Assembly: GCA_018716285.1 (NCBI GenBank)
Contig: DVKD01000025.1
Span: 42,000-105,999 of the forward strand
Origin: Candidatus Merdivicinus faecavium
GTDB lineage: Bacteria > Bacillota > Clostridia > Oscillospirales > Ruminococcaceae
DNA: 64,000 nucleotides
Direction: 5' to 3'
Shown here: piece after piece, positions 52,940 through 62,620 of the stretch
Layout: each line of letters starts with the position of its first letter
Numbering within the stretch: position 1 is the stretch's first letter
Position numbers and translations under genes: made by a program
Notes under the pieces: generated by a model
Told to the model about the DNA's origin: nothing
Database searches by the model: none
What the model saw: only the letters and a program-made list of their open reading frames with translations

Positions 52940-54169
52940 ATGGTACAATCAGAAAAGGCCCCGGAATTGCTTGCGCCGGTCGGGGATTTTGAGCGGCTGC
53001 AGGCCGCCGTCCGCTACGGCGCGGACGCGGTCTACCTCGGCTCGACTGAGTTCGGGATGCGGGCGGCGTCGGCAAACTTCGGCCCGGAGCAGCTCCGCCA
53101 GGCGGTGGACTACGCCCATGCCCACGGCGTCCGCGTCTACCTCACCTGCAACACCCTCCCGCGCAGCGGGGAAGTCCGCCGCATGCCGGAATTCCTGCGG
53201 GAGGCGGGCGCGTGCGGGGTGGACGCCTTCATCGTCACCGATATCGGGGTGCTGAGCCTCGTGAAGGAGGTGCTGCCCGGCGCTGAGATCCACATTTCCA
53301 CCCAAACCGGCATCGTCAATTACCGCGCCGCCGCCGAGTACCATAAGCTTGGGGCCAAGCGGGTCGTCCTCGCAAGGGAGCTTTCCCTCGCGGAGATCCG
53401 GGAGATCCGGGAGAACACCCCGCCGGAGCTGGAGCTTGAGGTGTTCGTCCACGGCGCGATGTGCATGTCCTTTTCCGGACGCTGCCTCCTCTCCAACTAT
53501 ATGACCGGACGGGACGCCAACCGCGGGCAGTGCGCCCAGCCCTGCCGCTGGAACTATTGCCTGGTCGAGGAAAAGAGGCCGGGCCAGTATTTCCCCGTCT
53601 TTGAGGACGAGACGGGCAGCTACATCTTGAACGCCAAGGACCTGTGCATGCTCGAGCACATCGGAGAAGTGATCGAGGCGGGCGCCGACTCCCTCAAGAT
53701 CGAGGGGCGGGCCAAATCCACCTACTACGTCGCGGCGGTGACCAACGCCTACCGGCTCGCGCTGGACGGCTATCTGGCCGACCCTGCGGGCTGGGCCTGC
53801 CCGGAATGGCTGTCCGAGGAGGTCCGCAAGGTGAGCCATCGGGACTATTCAACCGGCTTTTTCTACGGCCGCCCCGAGCAGGGGCAGCGGGTTGACAACG
53901 GCGGCTACATCCGGGAGTGGGATGTTGTGGCAATCGCAGACCGCTGGGAGGACGGCGTCCTCTACTGCACCCAGAAAAACAAATTCTGCGCCGGGGAGCC
54001 CCTCGAGCTGCTCGAGCCGGGAAAACGGCCGGAGACAGTCACCGCGGACCGCCTTTTCGGGCCGGACGGGCAGGAGATGCCGGACACCCGCTACGCAAGC
54101 CAGCCCTTTTCGTTCCGCTTCGGGCGGCCGGTCGCGCCGGGCGCGATCCTTCGCAAGCGGGCAGATTGA
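52940..54169 (+). CDS. Peptidase U32 family protein (YrrO/TrhP-like)
   Basis: ELLAPVGDFERLQAAVRYGADAVYLG, E..VHGAMCMSFSGRCLLSNY, C..PCRW motifs. mltG-U32 synteny matches B. subtilis yrrL-yrrO. Confidence 0.85.
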   Translation: MVQSEKAPELLAPVGDFERLQAAVRYGADAVYLGSTEFGMRAASANFGPEQLRQAVDYAHAHGVRVYLTCNTLPRSGEVRRMPEFLREAGACGVDAFIVTDIGVLSLVKEVLPGAEIHISTQTGIVNYRAAAEYHKLGAKRVVLARELSLAEIREIRENTPPELELEVFVHGAMCMSFSGRCLLSNYMTGRDANRGQCAQPCRWNYCLVEEKRPGQYFPVFEDETGSYILNAKDLCMLEHIGEVIEAGADSLKIEGRAKSTYYVAAVTNAYRLALDGYLADPAGWACPEWLSEEVRKVSHRDYSTGFFYGRPEQGQRVDNGGYIREWDVVAIADRWEDGVLYCTQKNKFCAGEPLELLEPGKRPETVTADRLFGPDGQEMPDTRYASQPFSFRFGRPVAPGAILRKRAD

Positions 54170-54193
54170 CTGAAAACAAAGGAGACATGACTC

Positions 54194-54904
54194 ATGGAGC
54201 AGACCCCCAAATCCGCAAATCAGACGGTGCCGCTTAAAAACGAGACCTGGCGCCTTGCCCTGCAGACCCTTTGGAGTATCGTGATCGGCACCCTTATTTC
54301 GATTATTATCGTCCTTTCCCTCAGTTCCCTGATGGTCAGCTCAATTTGGGGCAAGCTGCTGGTGGAGTTTTTCTGCCTGGCCATCACCCTGCCGCTCCTG
54401 TACGGCTATATGTGGTCGCAGGGGGACCGGGACGCAAACTTCATCCAGTTCGGCCGGATGGAAAAGGATCCCTGGAAGGGGCTGCGCGCCAGCCTGCTGG
54501 CGGTCATCCCCTGCTACATCACCCTGGTCCTGCTGGCGCTCTCGGTGGTCCGGGTGATTCCGTTTGATTTCATGCCGGCATACCGGCTGCTGAACGCGCC
54601 GCTCTGGGGCTTTATCAATATGGTGCACCCCAACGGCGGGGCGATCCCGCACGACGCCGTCCCGGCCCAGGAGGCGACCGACCTCATGCCCGCCATCGAG
54701 GCGATGGACGCGACGCCAGGACTCGGCTGGGGCGCTTTCGCAGTGCTCTGCCTGCTTCCCCTCATTTACGTTGTTTTCTGCACGTTAGGCTACCGGTTTG
54801 GGCTTAAGCGCTTCTCGGTCATCAACCACCTGGTCTACAAGGACGACCCGGAAAAGATCGCCGCCCGGATGCAGAAGCGTCAAAATGGCCGGAAAGGCCG
54901 CTGA
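54194..54904 (+). CDS. Hypothetical integral membrane protein
   Basis: 236 aa with 4-5 hydrophobic segments (WSIVIGTLISIIIVLSLSSLMV, LLVEFFCLAITLPLLYGY, ...). No family recognised. Confidence 0.5.
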   Translation: MEQTPKSANQTVPLKNETWRLALQTLWSIVIGTLISIIIVLSLSSLMVSSIWGKLLVEFFCLAITLPLLYGYMWSQGDRDANFIQFGRMEKDPWKGLRASLLAVIPCYITLVLLALSVVRVIPFDFMPAYRLLNAPLWGFINMVHPNGGAIPHDAVPAQEATDLMPAIEAMDATPGLGWGAFAVLCLLPLIYVVFCTLGYRFGLKRFSVINHLVYKDDPEKIAARMQKRQNGRKGR

Positions 54905-54925
54905 CGCCACATTTTCACACAAAAA

Positions 54926-54961
54926 ACAGACGGATCCAAAACGGTTCCGTCTGTTTTTTTG
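54926..54961 (+). terminator. Intrinsic terminator ending the thyX-like to U32 gene string
   Basis: ACAGACGGA...TCCGTCTGT followed by TTTTTTT. Confidence 0.7.
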
Positions 54962-55161
54962 CGTGGAGATGCCTCGCGGAGGGGGAGCAAGCGGCGGTTT
55001 TGCGGCGTTATCCCATCATTGCGGGGGATCCCCGCCCCTACAGATTAGACAGGAAATGCGCGGTAAACGGCCTCCTGAACAACCTCAAACCGGTGGACAG
55101 GAGCGGTCGGATAAGGGTGTGCTGCCGCGTCGAATCGGCAGCGCGGACACCGCGCCGCACG

Positions 55162-55986
55162 TCAGCTCAGGCTTTCTTCGCAGTCGAGCTCAGCGAGCCT
55201 GGGCGGGAAGAACTCGTTGACCGGGAACTTGATCCGGCGGAAGAGCTCGCAGGGGTCTTCGGTGCTGCCGCAGGAGCCGGCGGTGCATTCCTTATCCGGC
55301 AGGCAGAAGTCGTAGACCGGGATCATCATCTGGACGTCCCGCTGGAGCTGGACGATGGAGAACATGCCGATGCTCACATAGATGAAGCGGGACGCGTTGG
55401 CCGCGATGCTGTCGCCGCCCAGCCGTCTGAGGATGCAGGCGGGGATGGTCGCCGTATCCAGCGGGGAGGCGGGGCAGTCGCAGAGACGGCAGGAGAGCAG
55501 GATGGGGTTGACGACCTGGACCTTCGCGGTCGGGGTGTCGGCGCTTCCGGTGCAGTCGCCGCAGTTCGGGTCGATGGCTGCGTCGGAGGAGAAGGTCTTG
55601 ACGCTCCCCTCCGAGCCGTAGAGGATGACCTTCTTGCAGAAGGTCGCGACGCCCTGCACCGCCGCGGGCGGGGTGAGGGAGCCTGCGTAGACGTCGAGGG
55701 TGATGAGAAAGTAGAAGGTCATGTCGACCGAGTAGAATCCCTTGTTGAAGGGGATAGCCTCGACGTCCATGAAGACGTTCAGGACCTCGACGGTGCGGCA
55801 CTTGATGCTCTGGGCGTTTTCGACGACGCTCTGCCCCGCGTCGGTGAAAAAGACCCGCAGATCCTCCAGGCAGTCCTTGGCGGAGCAGGAATCATAGACC
55901 CTGCCCGCGTTTACGCAGACGGCTTCCTTAAAACAGTTGGTCCCGACTGCCGCACCGCTGGCGGGCGTGAAGTTTGAATCAGCCAT
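55162..55986 (-). CDS. Cysteine-rich protein of unknown family (possible spore coat/exosporium component)
   Basis: Start trimmed to MADSNF after an AAGGAGGA RBS. About 18 Cys in 274 aa (NCFKEAVCVNAGRVYDSCSAKDCLEDLRVFF, NCGDCTGS, SCRLCDCP, ECTAGSCGSTEDPCE). No signal peptide. Confidence 0.55.
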   Translation of the reverse strand: MADSNFTPASGAAVGTNCFKEAVCVNAGRVYDSCSAKDCLEDLRVFFTDAGQSVVENAQSIKCRTVEVLNVFMDVEAIPFNKGFYSVDMTFYFLITLDVYAGSLTPPAAVQGVATFCKKVILYGSEGSVKTFSSDAAIDPNCGDCTGSADTPTAKVQVVNPILLSCRLCDCPASPLDTATIPACILRRLGGDSIAANASRFIYVSIGMFSIVQLQRDVQMMIPVYDFCLPDKECTAGSCGSTEDPCELFRRIKFPVNEFFPPRLAELDCEESLS

Positions 55987-56114
55987 ATAGATCCTCCTTG
56001 ATAAGTATTGGCGGACCCGGGAGGCAGCGGATGCGTCCATGCCGGGTTTCCGTACTGCATTATATGTTTTTTTCCGGAAAAGGTGAAGGTCCGCCGGGGA
56101 AATGCGTCCTTTGG

Positions 56115-56267
56115 CTAAATATCCTTGCGCGGCATGGGGGAGAGGCCGGTGGCAGGCTCGTAGTAGCAGCAGCCCGCCACCTGGAGGGCCGCGGGCGCCG
56201 TGCCGGCGCGGGTGCAGAAGCCGTCGATCTGATAGCGGCAGTCCTCGCTGCAGGTGATGAGATTCAT
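56115..56267 (-). CDS. Small Cys-rich ORF (50 aa), below the track cutoff
   Basis: My translation: MNLITCSEDCRYQIDGFCTRAGTAPAALQVAGCCYYEPATGLSPMPRKDI. AAAGGAGAA RBS 6 nt upstream. Same strand as the 274-aa Cys-rich gene and immediately upstream of it. Confidence 0.45.
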   Translation of the reverse strand: MNLITCSEDCRYQIDGFCTRAGTAPAALQVAGCCYYEPATGLSPMPRKDI

Positions 56268-56401
56268 GCGTTTTCTCCTTTCCAACCGGAATTATTTTTG
56301 CCGGGAGCCGGTTTTGCTGATATTTTGCCTTTTTTCTGCCAGACTATACGGAGAAGCGGCTTACAGCGCGGCTTTTGCGGCGCGGCCTTTTTGGGGGAGG
56401 A

Positions 56402-57412
56402 ATGTGTGTGAAAAAATATCTGATTCTGGCGATTGCGACCGCTGCGGCGATCGGCGGCATCCGGCTTCTGCCCGGGCTTTTAACCGACCCGGCCGTCCAG
56501 GTCGAGCTCATCCGGGTGAGGCAGGAGGAGTACGCGGAGCATTTCAGCGTCTCCGGAACGGTGGAATCGCCGACCAGCCGGGAGCTCATCCCGGATTTCC
56601 CCTTTGTGCCGGGGGAGGTGCTGGTTGAGGAGGGCGACTACGTCGAATACGGCCAGCTCATCGCCGTCGTTGGCGCGGAAAAGACGGCGAAGGCCATCGT
56701 TTCGGTGGCAAAGGAGTACGCGGACTTCCTGCCGGAAGGATTTATAACGCCGGAGGTGGAGGATGCCATTGCGCAGTTCGGCAGCGAGAGGCTCTCCGAA
56801 CAGGACGAGCTCCCGCTGGAGCTGCGCGCCCCGATGAGCGGCGTACTCACCTCGGTCAACCTGCAGGAGGGCCAGCTCTATCTGCCGACAGCCCCGGCAG
56901 CGGCGGTTTCCAGCGTGTCCTCGCTGCGGCTGCGACTCTCGGTGCCGGAGGAGCAGGTGGGGAGCCTGATGCTCGGGCAGGAATTCACCTTTACCGTCCC
57001 GGCGGTGAAGGATGGGCTCTTTTCCGCCCGGATCACCCGGATCAGCCCCAATGCCGTCCAGCAGTTAAACGGGATGAACTATCAGACCGTTGTGGAGGTG
57101 GTCGCGAGAATCGACGACGATTTCGGCGTCCTCCGCCCCGGATACAGCGTCCAGGCGAGCCTTGCCGCCGGGGAAGAGGAGACGCTCAGTCTCCTGCCGT
57201 ATGAGGCGGTGCTGCGGGATGAGGACGGCAGCGATTACGTGTATGTCGTCCAGGACGGCGCGGCGGTCAAGCGGGTGGTCGAGACCGGGCGGCAGCTTTC
57301 GACCGCGGTCGAGATCACAGAGGGCCTCGGGCGGTATGAGGCGGTCGTCTGGGACGCGGCGGCGCTGCCGGGCGAATGCGCGGTCCGGCTCGCGGGAGAG
57401 GGGGAAGAGTAG
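56402..57412 (+). CDS. HlyD/MacA-type periplasmic adaptor (membrane fusion protein)
   Basis: Start trimmed to MCVKKYLILAIATAAAIGGI (TM anchor). Lipoyl/beta-barrel-like segments (GEVLVEEGDYVEYGQLIAVV, PMSGVLTSVNLQEGQ). Confidence 0.75.
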   Translation: MCVKKYLILAIATAAAIGGIRLLPGLLTDPAVQVELIRVRQEEYAEHFSVSGTVESPTSRELIPDFPFVPGEVLVEEGDYVEYGQLIAVVGAEKTAKAIVSVAKEYADFLPEGFITPEVEDAIAQFGSERLSEQDELPLELRAPMSGVLTSVNLQEGQLYLPTAPAAAVSSVSSLRLRLSVPEEQVGSLMLGQEFTFTVPAVKDGLFSARITRISPNAVQQLNGMNYQTVVEVVARIDDDFGVLRPGYSVQASLAAGEEETLSLLPYEAVLRDEDGSDYVYVVQDGAAVKRVVETGRQLSTAVEITEGLGRYEAVVWDAAALPGECAVRLAGEGEE

Positions 57413-58587
57413 TGGAGCTTTGGAAGGACGCCTGGCGGAGCATTTTCCGCCGCCCCTCCCGGTCGGGGCTGACCATCTTAAGCATCGCCATCGGGATTTT
57501 CGCCGTCATGCTCATCGGGACGATCGGGGAGATGGGCAAGGAGGCGATCGCCGGGGAGCTTGCAAGCCTCGGGATGCAGGGGATCGCCATCCGGACCGGG
57601 GACGACAGCGGCGCTTCCCTGACCCGGACGGAACTCGAACTGGTGCGGGAGAGCGGCGCTGTCGCCGAAGCGACCCCGCTTCTCTTTGAGTACAACGACA
57701 TCACGGCCGCGGGAAGCACCGAAAAGGCGGTGATCTGGGGGGTGGACGCAAACGTCGCCTCGGTCGTCTCGATGGAGCTGCGCTACGGCCGCGGCATCGA
57801 ACGGAGCGACATTGCGGGCGCTGCGGAGGTCTGCGTCGTCGAAGAGGGGCTGGCGACGCAGCTGTTCGGCCGGGAAAATGCGGTCGGACGGCGGCTCGAG
57901 GTCTCGATCGGCGGGGTGACGCATACACTGGAGATCGTCGGGGTTGCGTCGGTCGGCGGGAACATCTTCCAGAGCATGATGGGGAGCACAGTCCCGCTTT
58001 TTGTCTATATGCCCTATACCACCCACCAGCTTTACAGCGGGCGCCAGGGGTTTGACCGGATCGCGGTGCAGCTTGTGAGCGGGAGCGACTCGGCTGAGGC
58101 CGGCGACGCCCTTGCGGGCGAGCTGGACAGCTGGTTCGGCTTAAGCGGCTCGGTGGCGGTCGACAACTTAAGCCAGTATGCGGATACCTTTGAAAACCTC
58201 CTCGGCATGGTGACGGTTATCCTCTCGGCTATCGCGGGGATCAGCCTGGTCGTGGCCGGGCTTTCGGTGATGACCGCGATGCTCTCCTCGGTCGGGGAGC
58301 GCACCCGGGAGATCGGGATCAAAAAGAGCATGGGCGCGCCCTCGGGCACCATTGTCGCCGAATTCCTGCTGGAGGCCGCCTTTCTCTCGGCCGCGGGAAG
58401 CGCTGCGGGGATTTTCGCCGGCGTCGCGGTGGGGTGGGCCGGCTGCCTGCTGATCGGCGTTCCCTACAGCCTGCAGCCCGGATTGATCGGCGTCTGTCTC
58501 CTGAGCGCCCTGGTGACGGGGGCGGTTTTTGGGGCTTATCCGGCAAAGAAAGCCTCGCTCCTCCGGCCGGTTGAGGCGCTTCGGTAA
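57412..58587 (+). CDS. MacB/FtsX-type ABC permease (no fused or adjacent ATPase)
   Basis: The GTG start shares one base with the adaptor stop. SGLTILSIAIGIFAVMLI, a MacB periplasmic domain, and a C-terminal FtsX module (REIGIKKSMGAPSGTIVAEFLLEA). Confidence 0.8.
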   Translation: MELWKDAWRSIFRRPSRSGLTILSIAIGIFAVMLIGTIGEMGKEAIAGELASLGMQGIAIRTGDDSGASLTRTELELVRESGAVAEATPLLFEYNDITAAGSTEKAVIWGVDANVASVVSMELRYGRGIERSDIAGAAEVCVVEEGLATQLFGRENAVGRRLEVSIGGVTHTLEIVGVASVGGNIFQSMMGSTVPLFVYMPYTTHQLYSGRQGFDRIAVQLVSGSDSAEAGDALAGELDSWFGLSGSVAVDNLSQYADTFENLLGMVTVILSAIAGISLVVAGLSVMTAMLSSVGERTREIGIKKSMGAPSGTIVAEFLLEAAFLSAAGSAAGIFAGVAVGWAGCLLIGVPYSLQPGLIGVCLLSALVTGAVFGAYPAKKASLLRPVEALR

Positions 58588-58808
58588 AGTATATGCACAA
58601 TTATCTGATTTTGTCAAGCCTTTTTACGCAAAAAAACTTCAAAAAATCCATCTTGTTCGTCAAATAATGTTTGATTTTTCAAAAAGAATGTGATACAATA
58701 ACGGGAGTGGCGTTTCGAGGCTCCTTTGGCTGCTTCCGCGCCTCCTGCATGCAGCAGAATGCAAAACCTGTTCAGAGATAGCCTGACAGTGATGAAAGGA
58801 CGGTTTTT

Positions 58809-60173
58809 ATGGCAAGATTATTTGGAACAGACGGGGTGCGGGGCGTTGCCGGCACCGAGCTCACCGCCCAGATGTGCTTTGACATCGGGCGGGCGGCCGC
58901 GATGGTGCTGACCGCAAGCAGCGGACAGGCGGAATGCCCGCACAAGCCGCGCATCCTGCTCGGCCGGGATACCCGCATCTCGGGGGACATGGTGCAGGCG
59001 GCGCTGACCGCCGGCTTCTGCGCGGCCGGAGCAGTCGCCGTGCCGGTCGGGGTCATCCCGACGCCGGCCCTCGCCTGGCTCACCCGGGAATACCGCGCAG
59101 ACGCTGCCGCCATGATTTCCGCCTCCCACAACCCGATGGAATATAACGGCATCAAGTTCTTTAACGCGGACGGCTACAAGCTCGACGACGCCCTCGAGGA
59201 CCGCATCGAGGCGATGGTCCGCGGCGCGCTGCACACCCTCGACCTCCCGAGCGGCGCGGCAGTCGGCACTGTCGAGCCGGTCTCCACTGCGGTCGAGGAT
59301 TATGTGAGCTACATCCTCACCACCATCGACACCCGTTTGGACGGCATCCGGGCCGCTGTCGACTGCGCGAACGGCGCCGCTTCGCTGACCGCCCCTTCCG
59401 CCTTAAAAAAGCTGGGGGCAGAGCTCACGGTCATCCACAATGAGCCGGACGGGGTGAACATCAATGCGGGCTGCGGCTCGACCCACATGGAGGACATCCA
59501 GCGGCTGACCGTCGAGAGCGGGGCGGACGTCGGCCTGGCCTTTGACGGGGACGCCGACCGCCTCCTCGCGGTGGATGAGAAGGGGAATATTGTAAACGGC
59601 GACCAGATCATGGCCATCTGCGGGACCTACCTCAAGGCGCAGGGCAAGCTCAAAAACGACACCATCGTCGCGACGGTCATGTCAAACCTCGGATTTTTCC
59701 AGATGGCTGAGCGGGAGGGCATCCAGGTGCCCCGGACCAAGGTCGGCGACCGCTATGTCCTCGAAAAAATGCTGGAGGAGGGGGACTGCCTCGGCGGCGA
59801 GCAGTCCGGGCACGTCATCTTCCTCGAACACAATACGACCGGCGACGGTCTCATCACCGCCCTCCAGCTCCTGTCGGTGATGAAGCACACCGGAAAGCCC
59901 CTGTCGGAGCTCGCCAAGGTTATGACCATCCTGCCGCAGGTGGTCGTCAATGTGCCGGTCGACAATGAGCGCAAGTACGATTATATCGACGACACCGAAA
60001 TCATGGAGACCATCCGCAAGACGGAGCGGATCTTCGAGGACAGCGGCCGGGTCCTCATCCGGCCCTCCGGCACCGAGGCGATGGTTCGGATCATGATCGA
60101 GGGGCAGGACCTCGCCCTCATGCAGCAGAAGGCCGACGAGATCGCCGCGGTCATGCGCCGCAACCTCAAATAA
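58809..60173 (+). CDS. glmM: Phosphoglucosamine mutase
   Basis: MARLFGTDGVRGVAGTELT, active-site ISASHNPMEYNGIKFF, GDGDADR-type AFDGDADRL, GGEQSGH. Confidence 0.95.
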   Translation: MARLFGTDGVRGVAGTELTAQMCFDIGRAAAMVLTASSGQAECPHKPRILLGRDTRISGDMVQAALTAGFCAAGAVAVPVGVIPTPALAWLTREYRADAAAMISASHNPMEYNGIKFFNADGYKLDDALEDRIEAMVRGALHTLDLPSGAAVGTVEPVSTAVEDYVSYILTTIDTRLDGIRAAVDCANGAASLTAPSALKKLGAELTVIHNEPDGVNINAGCGSTHMEDIQRLTVESGADVGLAFDGDADRLLAVDEKGNIVNGDQIMAICGTYLKAQGKLKNDTIVATVMSNLGFFQMAEREGIQVPRTKVGDRYVLEKMLEEGDCLGGEQSGHVIFLEHNTTGDGLITALQLLSVMKHTGKPLSELAKVMTILPQVVVNVPVDNERKYDYIDDTEIMETIRKTERIFEDSGRVLIRPSGTEAMVRIMIEGQDLALMQQKADEIAAVMRRNLK

Positions 60174-60177
60174 AGCA

Positions 60178-60220
60178 AAGCTCCCCCGCAGGGTGATCCT
60201 GTGGGGGAGCTTTGTCTTGT
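60178..60220 (+). terminator. Intrinsic terminator after glmM
   Basis: AAAGCTCCCCC...GGGGGAGCTTT 11-bp stem followed by a T-rich tail. Confidence 0.65.
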
Positions 60221-60267
60221 GCGGGGGGAGGCCCCTGTGCTATAATGAAGAAAAAGGGGGCGTTTGC

Positions 60268-60606
60268 ATGAAAAGATTCTTCGCATTTGTTCTGGCATTG
60301 GCCTGCGCGCTGACTTTTGCCGGCTGCGGCGAACAGGAGCAGCAGGGCGGCTACGCCATGCGGTATTTTTTCTCCGGAAAGGTGCTGGAAGCCGATACGG
60401 GCTCCCTGCTGATCGAAGTAACCGATACGGGAAACACGGGCCTTTCCGAGGGCGTCAAGGTCGAAGTTTCCACAGAGGCTGCGTTTGCGGCCGGCGAATA
60501 TGCCAGAGTATTGATGGCGCAAAATGTCGGAGATGACGCTTCCGGCAGAATAGAGCCCCTGTCTGTTTACCGGGTAGACGAAACAGGAAAGCCCGTTGCG
60601 GATTGA
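60268..60606 (+). CDS. Small lipoprotein, unknown function
   Basis: Start trimmed to MKRFFAFVLALACALTFAGC (lipobox) downstream of a TGcTATAAT box. Confidence 0.6.
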   Translation: MKRFFAFVLALACALTFAGCGEQEQQGGYAMRYFFSGKVLEADTGSLLIEVTDTGNTGLSEGVKVEVSTEAAFAAGEYARVLMAQNVGDDASGRIEPLSVYRVDETGKPVAD

Positions 60607-60630
60607 GGCAGCTGCAAAGAACGCTGCTTT

Positions 60631-61161
60631 TTAGAACTCGATCCCTTTCCGCGCGATGATGCCGCGCTCGTAGGGGTGTTTCTGCTTTTCCATCCGGGTC
60701 ACGTAATCGGCGTGGCCCTGGAGCATCTCATCCGGCTTGTGACCGGTCATGACCACCTCGACCTGGGGCGCGCGCCCGGAGAGCAGGGCGGTGAGACGCT
60801 CCCTGCTGACAAGGTTCAGCTCGAGCGCGTCGCCGATCTCGTCGAGGACAAGGAGGTCGCAGCCGCCCTCAGCCGCGACGGCGGCCGCCGTCTCGAGGTT
60901 TAAGTTGTGCTCCGCCGCGCAGGCGGCCAGCTCTTCGTCGGTCATGCCGATGGTAAAGCCGCAGAGCGACTCGAGCGCCAGCACCCGCGCCCCCATCTGC
61001 CGCAGCATCGCCACCTCGGACGAAGTGCCGTTTTTGAGGAACTGGACGATGAGCACCCGCAGCCCGCTGCCCATCGCGCGGAGGGCAAGCCCCATCGCGG
61101 CGGTCGTCTTGCCCTTGCCGTTGCCGTAATAATAGTGGATGAGTCCCTGTTTCAAGCTCAT
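60631..61161 (-). CDS. cobO: Cob(I)yrinic acid a,c-diamide adenosyltransferase (CobA/CobO/BtuR family)
   Basis: [38 protein letters not shown] and DLLVLDEI. Confidence 0.88.
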   Translation of the reverse strand: MSLKQGLIHYYYGNGKGKTTAAMGLALRAMGSGLRVLIVQFLKNGTSSEVAMLRQMGARVLALESLCGFTIGMTDEELAACAAEHNLNLETAAAVAAEGGCDLLVLDEIGDALELNLVSRERLTALLSGRAPQVEVVMTGHKPDEMLQGHADYVTRMEKQKHPYERGIIARKGIEF

Positions 61162-62618
61162 AATGCTACCCCCTGGTTGATGACCCGGTAGACCGCCTCC
61201 ATGTCGAGCGCGGAGCGCACGGCGGCGGCCAGTTTGTCGTACTGTTCTTCCTTATATGCGGCGATGTCGAAGGCGCGGACCGCGTCGGGGTCAAGCCCCT
61301 TCTGCCGGAAAAGCGCGCCGGCGACCGCCTTTGTGACCTCCTCCCGGTCGAAAAAGCCGTGCAGGTAGGTGCCGTAGACGTTGCCGCGGCCGGTCACGAT
61401 CCCGTCGGCGCCGGTGATACCCATGTGAATCTCGTACCCCTCGTAGGGCTGACCGCTTAAAGACGAAAAGATGCCGCCGAGCTGCGGGAGGGTCCCGTTT
61501 ACCCGGGTGCGGGTCTTTTTGCCCGCAAAGACGGTCGAGACGGGCAGCAGCCCCAGCCCGGCCATCTCCCCGCCGTATTCGACGCCGTCGGGGTCGGAGA
61601 GGGTCTCCCCGAGCATCTGGTAGCCGCCGCAGATGCCGATGACCGGTTTGCCGGCCGCGGCGTGCCGCAGGATCTTCGCCTCCAGCCCGGATTCGCGGAG
61701 GAAGCGAAGGTCGCCCATCGTGTTTTTGGTGCCGGGGAGGATGACAAGGTCCGGTTCGCCCAGCTCCGCGACCGAGCCCACATACCGCAGCGAGACGCCG
61801 TCGAGGTACTCGAGGGGATTGAAGTCGGTGAAGTTGGAGATGCGCGGCAGCCGGATGACCGCGATGTCGACCGCCGCCTTCTCCTGCCTGCGGGAGAAGC
61901 GGTCGGTGAGGCTGTCCTCGTCGTCGACGTCGAGGGAAAGGTAGGGGACGACCCCCAGCACCGGGACGCCGGTGAGCTCCTCGAGCGTCCTGAGCCCCGG
62001 CTCGAGGATGGAAAGGTCGCCGCGGAACTTGTTGATGACCGTCCCCTTGACCAGCGCCTTCTCATCCGGGTCGAGGAGGAGCATCGTCCCCGCCAGCGAG
62101 GCGAAGACGCCGCCCCGGTCGATATCCCCGACCAGGAGGACGGGGGCTTTGGCGAGCTTCGCCATCCCCATGTTGACGATGTCGTCCCGTTTGAGGTTGA
62201 TTTCCGCCGGGCTGCCCGCCCCCTCGATGACAATGATGTCATATTCGGCGGCAAGGCTCTCGTAGGCCTTCTTGACCTCGGGGATGAGGGCGGTCTTGTC
62301 CCGGAAATAGTCCTTGGCGGCGTAATTGCCCCGCACCTCGCCGTTGACAATGACCTGGGAGGCCATGTCCCCGGTCGGCTTTAAGAGGATAGGGTTCATC
62401 CGGACGTCCGGCTCGATGCCGGCAGCTTCGGCCTGCATGACCTGGGCGCGGCCCATCTCGAGCCCCTCCCGGGTGATGAAGGAGTTTAACGCCATGTTCT
62501 GGGATTTGAAGGGCGCCGCGCGGTAGCCGTCCTGCCTGAAGATGCGGCAGAGCCCGGCGGCAAGGAGGCTTTTGCCCGCGTTGGAGGCGGTGCCCTGGAT
62601 CATGATTGCTTTTGCCAA
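61158..62618 (-). CDS. cobQ: Cobyric acid synthase
   Basis: [38 protein letters not shown], and a C-terminal GATase domain with ICGGYQMLG. Confidence 0.93.
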   Translation of the reverse strand: MAKAIMIQGTASNAGKSLLAAGLCRIFRQDGYRAAPFKSQNMALNSFITREGLEMGRAQVMQAEAAGIEPDVRMNPILLKPTGDMASQVIVNGEVRGNYAAKDYFRDKTALIPEVKKAYESLAAEYDIIVIEGAGSPAEINLKRDDIVNMGMAKLAKAPVLLVGDIDRGGVFASLAGTMLLLDPDEKALVKGTVINKFRGDLSILEPGLRTLEELTGVPVLGVVPYLSLDVDDEDSLTDRFSRRQEKAAVDIAVIRLPRISNFTDFNPLEYLDGVSLRYVGSVAELGEPDLVILPGTKNTMGDLRFLRESGLEAKILRHAAAGKPVIGICGGYQMLGETLSDPDGVEYGGEMAGLGLLPVSTVFAGKKTRTRVNGTLPQLGGIFSSLSGQPYEGYEIHMGITGADGIVTGRGNVYGTYLHGFFDREEVTKAVAGALFRQKGLDPDAVRAFDIAAYKEEQYDKLAAAVRSALDMEAVYRVINQGVAL

Positions 62619-62620
62619 TT

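Noticed and set aside
58588-58808. glmS-type ribozyme or other riboswitch upstream of glmM.
   Set aside because: The ~105-nt UTR after the TTGATT-17-TACAAT promoter has some hairpins (GGAG...CTCC, CTGCATGCAG). It lacks the conserved glmS ribozyme core and is too short. The glmS ribozyme also belongs upstream of glmS, not glmM.
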